A stretch of 64,000 nucleotides of DNA from Deltaproteobacteria bacterium. Lineage in GTDB: Bacteria; Myxococcota_A; UBA796; SXON01. The stretch covers positions 50,314-114,313 of the forward strand of contig CANLGL010000005.1 of assembly GCA_947490345.1 (NCBI GenBank), given 5' to 3'. Below the pieces are notes generated by a model. The model was not told where the DNA came from and made no database searches. It saw nothing but the letters and a program-made list of their open reading frames with translations. Below, piece after piece: positions 10,801-19,625 of the stretch. Both the position numbers and the translations under genes were made by a program. How positions within the stretch are numbered: the stretch's first letter is position 1; each line of letters begins with the position of its first letter.

Positions 10801-11444
10801 AGTTGGCGCCTGCAGCGGTCGGGGGCACGCTCATCCTGACGGTCCAGAACGAGGCCGGCCAGCCCATCGCGGCGCTCGTCACCCTGCTTGGCGAAGGCCG
10901 GAAGTTCACCACTGGCGGCGACGGGCTCGGCACCGAGCCGGTCCCCAGCGGCGAGGTGGAGCTGTCCGTGTGGGCGGAGGGGTATCGGCCGGAGCGCCTG
11001 CGCGTGCAGGTCGCGCGCGACGAGAAGAAGAGCGTGTCGGTGACACTCGGCGTCAGTCGCGTGGTGGTGCTCAAGGACCGCGTCGACATCCGCGACAAGG
11101 TGTTCTTCGACCTCGACAGCGCCACGATCACGGCCGAGAGCTACCGCATCCTCGATGACGTCGCCGGCACCCTGGAGAACCACACCGAGCTACGCCTGGT
11201 GGAGGTGCAGGGCCACACCGACGACCAGGGTGCCGACGACTACAACGTCGAGCTGTCGCAGCGGCGGGCGGAGGCGGTGCGCAAGTACCTCATCGGCCAG
11301 GGAATCGAGCCCGACCGCCTCGTGGCGCGTGGCTACGGCGAGGCTCAGCCGCTTCAGGTCGGAACCGGAGCCGACGCGCGCGAGGTCAACCGCCGCGTGG
11401 TGTTCCGGATCCTCGCGGGTCCGGCGACGGGCAAGGGGGGTTGA
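7863..11444 (+). CDS. large cell-envelope protein: thrombospondin-type-3 (Asp-rich Ca-binding) repeat region, internal MYXO-CTERM-like segment, beta-barrel-like region, CarboxypepD_reg-like domain, OmpA C-terminal domain
   Basis: Many DxDxDGxxDxxE repeats lie at about 8530-9410. GGSCSTGGG plus a hydrophobic stretch plus RRRRRR lies at about 9500-9596. The OmpA_C motif is VEVQGHTDDQGADDYNVELSQRRAEAV...NRRVVFRI. Confidence 0.8.
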   Translation: MLLLLVNSPAFAWPATDDDWTAVQVGGIDVVDVVDDHDRDGLGYDDSIDCVGDAALTAAALYWSTDGNELFVRMRVDDDPSGNIGPFLQAVDWSFLLDTDGDDANFEYVLALTGASPTVYLYRNSGGDPGVDAVALDLVDVNTSHYQVGEADTSLHTLGDWFIDVSVDLSELPGSFSSRSTFRLAAVTGATSTPIGADADLCGFDDSSALGTLADVWSDSLGIDQDGDGALDLDEDALGTDATDADSDDDGVSDGEEIGTYASDPLRCDSDGDTLSDGLELGIDLAMPDTDVTVGCFVADVDPVTTTDPNRDDTDGGTLLDQLEDRNANGGIDMWETDPQDPTDDIDADEDGISDALEGACGGDFVDGDADGRPDAEEGLVDSDGDGLPDFCDDDDDNDGLPTVDEDPTPEDDSDDDLDEDALPTWQDPDSDNNGVLDGDEPEGDADCDGIIDAYDLDDESGDCADRDGDGVTNGDEAACGSNPDDPDTDADGLGDAAESCEDDEDCDELPDRLDGASDPEGCADPIDTAPTDSGTTCVDGLCGGHYTGGSCSTGGGATTVIGVLGAALLLVRRRRRRAAVGVTALAALAAIPSPAAAADPTVNAQRYQPAFESATFFSLHDSTAHAPGFGLGLGVNYASRPLQYTYDDDSAPLVLLGSAATVDLGASWASRRLAFTLALPLHSVDGDLMDPTFALGDLRLGVLGEIVRRDDGLLGLGVYGDVGLPTGAGAAYVGTGSPEIGTGLSLTAGKAVVAVANLGVHIASPATLGELSWGSRFEWGAGVSVPLGETFAAVAELEGESALSTKDTVGASPVEWRLGGRAKLGPNLVASLGAGTGLGTGIGAPEFRLLGGLGWQPRAEAARISHGPDRDGDGIADGQDLCPDQAEDHNGKDDADGCPDAGMVPTHLVVTDGEGRRLAGASVELTSGPEIGRWTLPDGELTRSLPPGEYSARVRAPRFVATEARLIVPDAPRHEQAFQLAPAAVGGTLILTVQNEAGQPIAALVTLLGEGRKFTTGGDGLGTEPVPSGEVELSVWAEGYRPERLRVQVARDEKKSVSVTLGVSRVVVLKDRVDIRDKVFFDLDSATITAESYRILDDVAGTLENHTELRLVEVQGHTDDQGADDYNVELSQRRAEAVRKYLIGQGIEPDRLVARGYGEAQPLQVGTGADAREVNRRVVFRILAGPATGKGG

Positions 11445-11519
11445 GCGCCGCAGTGGCGGCACCGGGCGCCGCTGCGTGCCACGCCCCCCGAATTACGACA
11501 GCTTCCGACCGGAGTCCCG

Positions 11520-12197
<678 letters not shown>

Positions 12198-12203
12198 TTG
12201 AAG

Positions 12204-12839
12204 CTAAAACCGCCCCTCCTCCAAAAACCGCACCACTCGGTCAAGCACCGTGGGCGCAAGAATCGTGAGGCTATGCTGCACGGGGACAACGAGGAAATCG
12301 ACGGCACCTTGGTGGCGGGCCTCCTCCACGGTGACCGTGCCATCGTTGTCTTCGCCGAAGAGCGGGTTGTAGCCGCGGGGCGTGCCGGTGCCGCCGGTGA
12401 GGATGCCAATCTCGCCGGGGGGGAGCGGCCAGTGGGCGGGGACGCCTGGACGCATGGGGCCGAAGGGATCCCAGCCCACGTGGTGCACCGGGAGCACCTT
12501 GCGAGCGAAGTCCGCGGCGGCCGCGCCCTGATTCGGCGGCGAGATGAGCACGCCGCGTCGTAAGGCGGGCAGCTCGTGGGACGCCCAGGTGGCGCGCGCC
12601 AGGACCCCCCCGTAGCTGTGGGTCACCAGGTGGAGCTCGGCATCAGGATGCCGCGAGGACAGCGCTCGTACCGCACTCGCAGCGGCCTCGGCGCACTCGG
12701 CGAGCGGGTGGAGATGGTAGCCGAAGGTCGGGAGGGCCACGTCGATGAAGCCGGCGCGACGCAAGCGACGGGACAGCCACCACATCGACGCGCCAGTGCG
12801 CATAAAACCGTGGAAGCAGATCGCAACGCGTGGTGGCAT
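12204..12839 (-). CDS. alpha/beta hydrolase (esterase/lipase-like)
   Basis: ICFHGF near the N-terminus and the nucleophile-elbow-like VTHSYGG. Its ATG shares one base with the upstream TGA (TGATG at 12837-12841). Confidence 0.75.
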   Translation of the reverse strand: MPPRVAICFHGFMRTGASMWWLSRRLRRAGFIDVALPTFGYHLHPLAECAEAAASAVRALSSRHPDAELHLVTHSYGGVLARATWASHELPALRRGVLISPPNQGAAAADFARKVLPVHHVGWDPFGPMRPGVPAHWPLPPGEIGILTGGTGTPRGYNPLFGEDNDGTVTVEEARHQGAVDFLVVPVQHSLTILAPTVLDRVVRFLEEGRF

Positions 12840-14674
12840 CAGCCCACCCGGGCGACGATCTTGCCTCCGGTCGCCGACAACTCGATCACCACCAGCGTCT
12901 CTTCCAGGGTGACCGCGGCCATCCGGGGGGGACCCTCCCCGGTGACGAAGCGGAGGTCTTCCAGATCCTCAACTTCAGCCGTGGAGAGGATGGGGAACGG
13001 CTTTCCCGGTGCGCCGCTGTCGGGCAGGAACATCGCCATCGGCACGGTGACATCCCGGTCAGCGACGGGTTCACGAACCCAGGCCACCCACCAGCCACCG
13101 TCGACCGGCCGGAGATCCACCGAGCCCACCGGCAACTTTTCGTCGAGCCGCAGCGGCTCGGTGTCGAGCCCCAGCCGTTGCAAACGGAGCCCCTTTTCTT
13201 CGCGGGTGACCCACACCAGCGCGATCAGGTCCTCGCGAGAGGCCGACGCCGCCTGGATGCGGCCAGGGAAGCCAGCCGGGGCGGTGAGCAACCGGCCGAT
13301 TCCGTCCGCGTCGACCGCGGTGACGGTGCCCCCTTTCCCGAGGATGACCGGGCTCATCCGGTCGCAGAACCCCTTGAAGGTGCTGGCGGGCGCACGCAGC
13401 CGCTCGGCGAGCCCCTCGGGCGACCAACGATGCACACTGAGGACGCCGCGGCCGATGCCGAAGAGCAAGAACCCGTCGCCGTCAGGGACGATGACCGGCA
13501 GGGTCGTGCAGGTGTAGCCGAGTCGGAAGGAGCGCCCCACGCCCACCGAGCCGTCGCGTGCCACGTCGAACACGGTGACATCCATGCCGCCGGGCCGATC
13601 GACCAGGAGCACCACCCGGAACCCGTCAGGCGATGGTACCACCGTGCGTGCAACCACCTGCGCCGCGGGCACCGACAGCTCCGCAGCCCCCGAGCCCGCC
13701 TCGCCCAGCGTCCGCACCGCCACCCGGATCACCTCGTCCTCGTCCTTCTCCACGTTGAACCACAACACCGCCACCTGGCTTCCCGACTGGGCCACCGCCG
13801 GCTCGTCCATGTGCAGTTCAACCGGTTGCCCGACGAGCACGATGGGGGTGGGCGTGCCGCGAAGACGCTCGGCCAACAGGTCGTCGACCACCGCGTCCGT
13901 CATGTCGGTACCGCTGAGATCCGTATCTTCGTCGATCTGCGCCCCGGTCAGGTCGGCCGCGCTGAGGTCGGCGCCGGAAAGCTTGGCGCCGAAAAGCCGG
14001 GCGCCCTTGAGCGACGCGCCGGTGAGCCGCGCACCGGTGAGGTTGGCGTCTTCGAGCGTGGCGCCATCGAGCGTCGCGCGCGACAGGTCCGCCTCGCGCA
14101 GGTTGGCCCCCACCAGCTCGGCCTCGCGCAGATCGGCGCCGGCCAGCTTGGCCTCGGAGAGATCGGCCCCATCGAAGTAGGCGTGCCGGGCGCTGACCTC
14201 CCGCAGGCGCGCCCCGGCAAGCCGTGCGCGCGAAAGGTGCGCCGAGCTCAGATCGGCCTCGCTGAGGTCTGCCCCCGAAAGCTCCGCGTCAGAGAGCTGT
14301 GCCCCGCCGAGGTACGCTTCGCGAAGGCGGGCTTTGATCGCGACGACACGGTTCATCGTCGCGCCCGTGAAGTCCGCCCCCACGAGCGTGGCCTTGCTGA
14401 GGTTGGCCCCGGTCAGATCGGTCGAGGAAAAATCGGCCTTTTCCAGGTTCGCCCCGGAGAGATCAATCCCCGGCAACGAGAGGTTGGCGAGGTCGGCCGC
14501 GAAGAGGTCCAGCGTGACCCGCTGGCCCCGGCGGCCGTTGAACTCAGCGACGTTCCCGGCGAGGAGCAGTTCGAGCAGCGTCAAGACGTCTCCGGGGGTT
14601 GCGCCTGAGTGGCCGGGATGACACTCTGGCGTCGTGTCCGCCAGCCCGCACCAATCCGACGTCGAGCGTGCCAT
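12839..14674 (-). CDS. pentapeptide-repeat protein with C-terminal beta-propeller-like domain
   Basis: About 45 consecutive A(D/N)LxG-type pentapeptides (ADLSEADLSSAHLSRARLAGARL...). ATG at 14674. An alternative TTG at 14584 is preceded by GGAG and is arguably better, because ATG 14674 abuts the divergent ATG at 14675. Confidence 0.8.
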   Translation of the reverse strand: MARSTSDWCGLADTTPECHPGHSGATPGDVLTLLELLLAGNVAEFNGRRGQRVTLDLFAADLANLSLPGIDLSGANLEKADFSSTDLTGANLSKATLVGADFTGATMNRVVAIKARLREAYLGGAQLSDAELSGADLSEADLSSAHLSRARLAGARLREVSARHAYFDGADLSEAKLAGADLREAELVGANLREADLSRATLDGATLEDANLTGARLTGASLKGARLFGAKLSGADLSAADLTGAQIDEDTDLSGTDMTDAVVDDLLAERLRGTPTPIVLVGQPVELHMDEPAVAQSGSQVAVLWFNVEKDEDEVIRVAVRTLGEAGSGAAELSVPAAQVVARTVVPSPDGFRVVLLVDRPGGMDVTVFDVARDGSVGVGRSFRLGYTCTTLPVIVPDGDGFLLFGIGRGVLSVHRWSPEGLAERLRAPASTFKGFCDRMSPVILGKGGTVTAVDADGIGRLLTAPAGFPGRIQAASASREDLIALVWVTREEKGLRLQRLGLDTEPLRLDEKLPVGSVDLRPVDGGWWVAWVREPVADRDVTVPMAMFLPDSGAPGKPFPILSTAEVEDLEDLRFVTGEGPPRMAAVTLEETLVVIELSATGGKIVARVG

Positions 14675-17600
14675 ATGGCCGCGGCCCGCGCGTCTAACCC
14701 ACGCCGACGCGCAAGGCCAGCCTTGACGCCGGAAGAACGCGTCGCGCCGTGGTTGGCCCGCCACCTCGTCGACCGGCGGACTCCCCTTCCCCCGGTCGGT
14801 CAGGAGGAGCGATTCGGCGGCACGCTCGTGCGCTTTGACATCCCCGATTTTTCCTCGCGCCCGGATCGACAGCTCCCCGCGCCGGCACGCACGCGGGAGC
14901 AGGCGGCGGCCGAAGACCTCGCCGCGACAGTCGAAGAAGCGTTCCGTCCGATCTTCTACGCCGTCGATCGTCACGGCGGGAGCCTGGCCAGCCTCGAGGG
15001 AGACGCGGTCCTGGCCCTTTTTCGGGGCCCAGGCCATACCATGCGGGCCCGCAATGCGATGGAAGACATCATTGCCGTCCGGCCGAAGCTCCACGCGGCC
15101 ATCGCGAGCGGGCAGGTGCGCGCGATGCAGCTCGGCGGAGGTGAACAACGCCACGAGCTCCTTCACGGCCCGGCGCTGCAGGCCCTCGAGCAACTCGAGT
15201 CCGATTCCGCCGCGATTGCGCTCGACTACGACGAGCCGGGCGTCCCAGAGGGCCTGTTGCAGACGCCCCCCGAGGCGGTGTTGGCGATGTTCGTGCCCTC
15301 CGGGTTGCGCGGCCTGGAGCCGCCGCCGCCGGTGCACCGTCGTATCGTTACGGTGTTCGTATCAACGCCGCTGGACAGCGCCGGCCTCGCCTACCGCACG
15401 CTCGCGGAAGAGGCAGAAGCCCATCACATCGTGCTTCTGAAGGTGCGGGCGGAGGGGGAACGCGCCATCGTGCTGGCGGTGGCCGGGATTCCGGCGGCGG
15501 GGGAGGACGACACCACGCGAGCCCTGGCCTTCGCGCTCGCCGCGCGCGATCGCCTGGCGGACGCGCACGGCATCCGCGCGCGCTTTGCGATGGCCGACGG
15601 TCCGGTGCTCGCGCTGGTGCTGGGTGACAGCACCCGCCTCGCCTGGGATGTGCTCGGCGACTGCCTCAATGTCGCGTACCGCCTGTTGAACGAGGCGCAG
15701 CCCGCCGAGATCGTGGCCACCGCTGCCCTCGTTGAATCGGTGCGCGAGGCCCTCGCCGGCCCCACAGAGGCTGTCGCGGTGCGGGGCAAGACCCGTCCGG
15801 TAGCGGTGAGGCGGGTGCTTGGTCTGAGCACCCCGCGGCGCTCCGAGGCCGATCTCAGCTACGCAAGGCGGCGCGAGCTCACGCAGCTGGACGCCTTGCT
15901 CGATGCCAACGAGCCCGTCGTGGTGCTCGGCGCCGCCGGGCAGGGCAAGCGCTACCTGTGGCAGGAGTGGGCCGCCCGCACGCCGGGGTGGCGCGTCCTG
16001 CGCGCGACGTGTCGTGACCACGGGGCCGTTCGGCCGCTCGGGCCGTTCGTCGGGGCGGTTCGGCGCCTTGCTGGCGAGGCACCGACGCGGAGCGCGCTGC
16101 AAGCGGCGCTGAGGGCGCTCCCCGGCATGGACGACCGGGCCACCTCCGTTTTGGACGCCTTCGTCGCGTCAGGTGCGCCTCAGCTCGCCGCGGTGACCTC
16201 AGCGCTCCGACAGCTCTTCGGCGGGCTGGCCGAAGCCGGTCCAACCCTCCTCGTCTTCGAAGACCTGCAATGGGCCGACGACGACGCCATCGCCCTCCTC
16301 CATCGCCTGCTGAGCGAGGGCGCACGCACGCCGCTCCGCATCCTCATCACCGCGCGACCTCGCACGCGCCTGCCTGCGGGCGTCACCACCATCGAGCTGA
16401 GTCCGCTGTCCGCGGAGGCCGCCAAGGCGCTGATCGTTCCGCTCTTGGGGGAGCGTGCCGGCGACCCGGCGGTGATTCGGAGCATCCTCGATCGGGCGCA
16501 TGGCAGCCCGCGCGAGCTCGTGGCCCTGGCCGACGCCGCGCGCCGCGGTCGCGACGATCTTCCCGAGTCGATCGAGGCCTGGTACGCGGCGCGCATCGAC
16601 ACGCTTGGCCCCGCGGCGCGCGAGGTGCTCGAGCGGGCGGCCATCCTCGGGCGCACCGTCGATCAGGGCCTCCTGCGTCGCCTGAGCGCCGATGTTCCGC
16701 GTGCGGAAGAGGGGCTGCGCGCGCTGTTCGACGAGCGGCTGCTCATTCCCGACGAAGTCGGGGCGCGCGTGGCCTTCGACCGTGAGGCGACGCGCGAAAT
16801 TGCGTATATGCGCATGACGACGCCACGGCGGCGCCAGCTTCACACCCGCGTCGGTCGGGTGCTTCAAGCGCGCTCGGCGGCGGGCGCGCCGGTCGCACCC
16901 GAGGTCCTGGCGTGGCATCTCTCCCGCAGTGACGCGCCCGCCGAAGCGATCGGGCCCCTGGTCGAGGCATCGCGACGCGCCCTCGCCCACGGCCGACCCC
17001 GACTCGCGTTGTCCCACAGCGAGCAGGCCACGCGGATCGCGCGCGCCCACCAGCCCGGCGCCCTGCCGCAAGTCCAGCGAGCGCTTGGCGACGCGATGTT
17101 GGCGCTCGGGCGTGCCGACCTCGCGCTGGAGGCCTTCCGCAACGTCGGCGACGCCGGGCTCAACGCCGAGGTGGCGGCAGCGCTCGTGGGGGCCGGGTTC
17201 GCGCGGGAAGCCCTCACCGCCGTCACCGGCCTCACCGGCGCGATGGCTGCCGCGGTTCGGGCCCGGGCGCTGAGCGAGCTCGGGGATCCCGGCGCGGCCG
17301 CCGCCCACGCTCAGGCACTGGCCAGCGCGGGGACGCCCGAGGACCGGGCGCGGGCGCTCCGCTTCTACGGCGCCGACCTCGTGCGCCACGACCGCTTCAC
17401 CGAGGCGCTGGAGGTCTTGGAGGAGGCGGTCCTGGCCGCGCAGCGTACCCCGGACCCCGGCGGGCGGGCCGACGCCCTCGACCTGCACGGGGGCGTCCTC
17501 GCGCTCGTCGGCGACGTCGACCGCGCGGTCACCAGCCACCGGACCGCGCTGACCATCCGCGAAGTGCTCGGCCGCCCCGAGGGCATCGCCGGTACCCTCC

Positions 17601-18055
17601 GCCGGCTGGGACGCGTAGAGTCGCGAACGCAGTACGCTGGCCGCGCGCTCGGCCACCTCGTCGCCGCGCGCTCGATCCTCCGCGACGCGGGCCTCGAGTC
17701 GCGCCTGGGTCGCATCGAAGTCGACCTTGCCGAGGTGCGCTGGCGCCGCGGCGAAATTGCGCACGCGCGCCGCCACCTGAGCGCGGCCGCCGAGGTGTCT
17801 GGGCGCACCCGATCGCGACGAGAACTGCTCGATGCGTTGACCGCAGACGACGACGCCCGCCCGGTCGCGATCTCACGCGCTCTCGAGCTCTGTGAGCGCG
17901 ACCGCTGGCGCAGCGGCGTCCTGCTCGCGACGGCCCTCCAGGCCCGAGAGGAACACGACACCGTCGTGCTTGCGGCTGTGTTTGCCGACCTCCGAAACCT
18001 GCGCCATGCCGAGTTCGCTGGGCTCACCGAGCGCTGGCTGATCGAGGGGCCCTAG
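14675..18055 (+). CDS. tandem class III adenylate/guanylate cyclase-homology domains fused to a P-loop (AAA_16/STAND-like) NTPase and TPR-like helical repeats
   Basis: CHD1 has RFDIPDFSS and LEGDAVLALF. CHD2 has GPVLALVLGDSTRLAWDVLGDCLNVAYRLLNEA. The P-loop is VVVLGAAGQGKRYL, the Walker-B-like segment is LLVFEDLQWADDD, and a long Ala/Leu-rich helical C-terminus follows. Alternative TTG start at 14723. Confidence 0.8.
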   Translation: MAAARASNPRRRARPALTPEERVAPWLARHLVDRRTPLPPVGQEERFGGTLVRFDIPDFSSRPDRQLPAPARTREQAAAEDLAATVEEAFRPIFYAVDRHGGSLASLEGDAVLALFRGPGHTMRARNAMEDIIAVRPKLHAAIASGQVRAMQLGGGEQRHELLHGPALQALEQLESDSAAIALDYDEPGVPEGLLQTPPEAVLAMFVPSGLRGLEPPPPVHRRIVTVFVSTPLDSAGLAYRTLAEEAEAHHIVLLKVRAEGERAIVLAVAGIPAAGEDDTTRALAFALAARDRLADAHGIRARFAMADGPVLALVLGDSTRLAWDVLGDCLNVAYRLLNEAQPAEIVATAALVESVREALAGPTEAVAVRGKTRPVAVRRVLGLSTPRRSEADLSYARRRELTQLDALLDANEPVVVLGAAGQGKRYLWQEWAARTPGWRVLRATCRDHGAVRPLGPFVGAVRRLAGEAPTRSALQAALRALPGMDDRATSVLDAFVASGAPQLAAVTSALRQLFGGLAEAGPTLLVFEDLQWADDDAIALLHRLLSEGARTPLRILITARPRTRLPAGVTTIELSPLSAEAAKALIVPLLGERAGDPAVIRSILDRAHGSPRELVALADAARRGRDDLPESIEAWYAARIDTLGPAAREVLERAAILGRTVDQGLLRRLSADVPRAEEGLRALFDERLLIPDEVGARVAFDREATREIAYMRMTTPRRRQLHTRVGRVLQARSAAGAPVAPEVLAWHLSRSDAPAEAIGPLVEASRRALAHGRPRLALSHSEQATRIARAHQPGALPQVQRALGDAMLALGRADLALEAFRNVGDAGLNAEVAAALVGAGFAREALTAVTGLTGAMAAAVRARALSELGDPGAAAAHAQALASAGTPEDRARALRFYGADLVRHDRFTEALEVLEEAVLAAQRTPDPGGRADALDLHGGVLALVGDVDRAVTSHRTALTIREVLGRPEGIAGTLRRLGRVESRTQYAGRALGHLVAARSILRDAGLESRLGRIEVDLAEVRWRRGEIAHARRHLSAAAEVSGRTRSRRELLDALTADDDARPVAISRALELCERDRWRSGVLLATALQAREEHDTVVLAAVFADLRNLRHAEFAGLTERWLIEGP

Positions 18056-18062
18056 TTCGCCG

Positions 18063-19490
18063 CTACTCGTCCGCCCAGCCGCCAATCCATGGCGGCTCGA
18101 TCGTGAAGACCGGCGCCGGCGGCCGCGGCGAGGTGAGCTCGACGCGAAGCGGCTGACCCAGGCTCTCCAGCCCCTCCACCAGGGTGACCCGCGCCCCCTC
18201 CATCCCCAGGGAGGTCGCCAAGACCTCGTTTCGCCGGACCTCGCCCAGACCCCACGAAGCCTCGCGCAACCAGAGCGCAGCCGCACCCGACGCGGCCACC
18301 ACCGCGCCGAACTCGTTGCCGACGAGCGTCAGCTTCCGGGTCAGCTGTCCGGCGGACAGCGGGACGACGGCCGCCGCACCGACCGCCCGCTTCCCAGCCA
18401 CGCGTGTCGACACCTCGTCGAACGCGCACACCACACACGCGGGGTCCAAGAGCACGTCTCGCTCCCCCAACCGCGCGGCGACGAGCATCCGGTCGTAGCC
18501 GGTGAGCGTCAGGAACTCCGGCGATTCGCCGGTCAGCATCCACGCCGAGACGACCTGCGCCTGCTTGAGGAGTCGATCGAGGATCAGCGCGTGCTCGACC
18601 GGCGTCGCCCAGCCCGAGCGCCAGGCACGATTGAGCTGCCGCGGGTGCAGGGGCGAGGGCCCCGGGAGCCAGCCGTCGACCAGCGCTTGCACCTCGCCGT
18701 AGAGCGCGCGCGCCAACGCTTCGGAGTCGGTCATCGAACCATAGCGGACTGGGATCGCCGGCTCGGGGAGGCTCACCTGCCGGAAGCGCCAGTCGAGCCC
18801 CTCGACAAAGGTCTGCTCGTCGGGAATCACCGATGCACCGGCCATCGACGACACCCGCCAGCGCGCCTCGCCCCCCTCTGGCGCCGAAAACTGCAGTTTG
18901 GTGAGGGTTCGGGTGACCGTGACGCCAGGACTCCCCCAGCCCATCATCGAGGCACCCGGCGCCTCCAGCGTAAAGGAGCCGGGCGCCAGCCGCAGCACGC
19001 CGGACGCCGAGGCGCCGCCCTCGTCCACCATGCGGTGGCCGGCAGGCTCGACCGTCGCGACCTCCTTTCGGGTCGTCGCGAACTTGGGGTCGGCGAAGCC
19101 CCACCCGGGATGTTTCGGATCGACCGCCACCGTCCAGGTGATGTGGGTCTCCTTTGCCTCGTGCGCGCGCGGCGGCGGGGCACCGAGGATGACCTCGACG
19201 TCGTCGGCGGCCAGTGCCACGTCGATGCGCACCTCGTCGCCGACGTTCAGCTCGGGAAGGCCGATCTCCACTTCGTTGTCACCGAAGCGCACATGATCGC
19301 GGGGGACTCGGCGGCGCCCAATCGCCACGTCGACCTTGGGGATCGCGCGTGAGCTCCGCACCGTCACCCTGCGGCACGACAGCGGCTCGGCCATCGCCTG
19401 GACCATCACCACGGTCCCGGTGGCAGTGGCGGTCTGCATGAGTTGGCAGGCCCCCAAAGCGGGGGTGGCAGCGAGCAGCAAGGTGATCAT
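18063..19490 (-). CDS. hypothetical lipoprotein (possible inactive transglutaminase-like core)
   Basis: From ATG 19490 the product is MITLLLAATPALGAC, which has a lipobox. RSGWATPVEHALILDRLLKQAQV resembles a transglutaminase core without the Cys; this resemblance is weak. Confidence 0.6.
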   Translation of the reverse strand: MITLLLAATPALGACQLMQTATATGTVVMVQAMAEPLSCRRVTVRSSRAIPKVDVAIGRRRVPRDHVRFGDNEVEIGLPELNVGDEVRIDVALAADDVEVILGAPPPRAHEAKETHITWTVAVDPKHPGWGFADPKFATTRKEVATVEPAGHRMVDEGGASASGVLRLAPGSFTLEAPGASMMGWGSPGVTVTRTLTKLQFSAPEGGEARWRVSSMAGASVIPDEQTFVEGLDWRFRQVSLPEPAIPVRYGSMTDSEALARALYGEVQALVDGWLPGPSPLHPRQLNRAWRSGWATPVEHALILDRLLKQAQVVSAWMLTGESPEFLTLTGYDRMLVAARLGERDVLLDPACVVCAFDEVSTRVAGKRAVGAAAVVPLSAGQLTRKLTLVGNEFGAVVAASGAAALWLREASWGLGEVRRNEVLATSLGMEGARVTLVEGLESLGQPLRVELTSPRPPAPVFTIEPPWIGGWADE

Positions 19491-19509
19491 CGGCGACCTC
19501 GGGCGGGGT

Positions 19510-19548
19510 GACGGAAGTCTGACACCCCCCGACGGACGTCGGTCGGGG
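19510..19548 (+). promoter_or_regulatory. two direct repeats (GACGGAAGTCTGACACCCC / GACGGACGTCGGTCGGGG) with 21-bp phasing, candidate enhancer-binding-protein site
   Basis: Read directly. The same arrangement recurs at 23118-23157 upstream of another sigma-54-like promoter. Confidence 0.3.
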
Positions 19549-19576
19549 CACCGCAAAAAAGGGCGCCTTGGTCCGT

Positions 19577-19592
19577 TGGCACAGGGGTTGCA
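19577..19592 (+). promoter_or_regulatory. sigma-54 (-24/-12) promoter TGGCACAGGGGTTGCA
   Basis: Matches TGGCACG-N4-TTGCW with correct GG/GC spacing. Lies 34 nt upstream of ATG 19626, which has a GGAG RBS. Confidence 0.55.
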
Positions 19593-19625
19593 CTGGCGAC
19601 ACGGCGCATCCCCTGGAGCTAACCC

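Noticed and set aside
14672-14677. Back-to-back divergent ATG codons (14674 on the minus strand and 14675 on the plus strand), which would imply zero-length intergenic space.
   Set aside because: Both are unlikely to be real starts. TTG 14584 with a GGAG RBS (minus gene) and/or TTG 14723 (plus gene) restore a plausible divergent promoter region.
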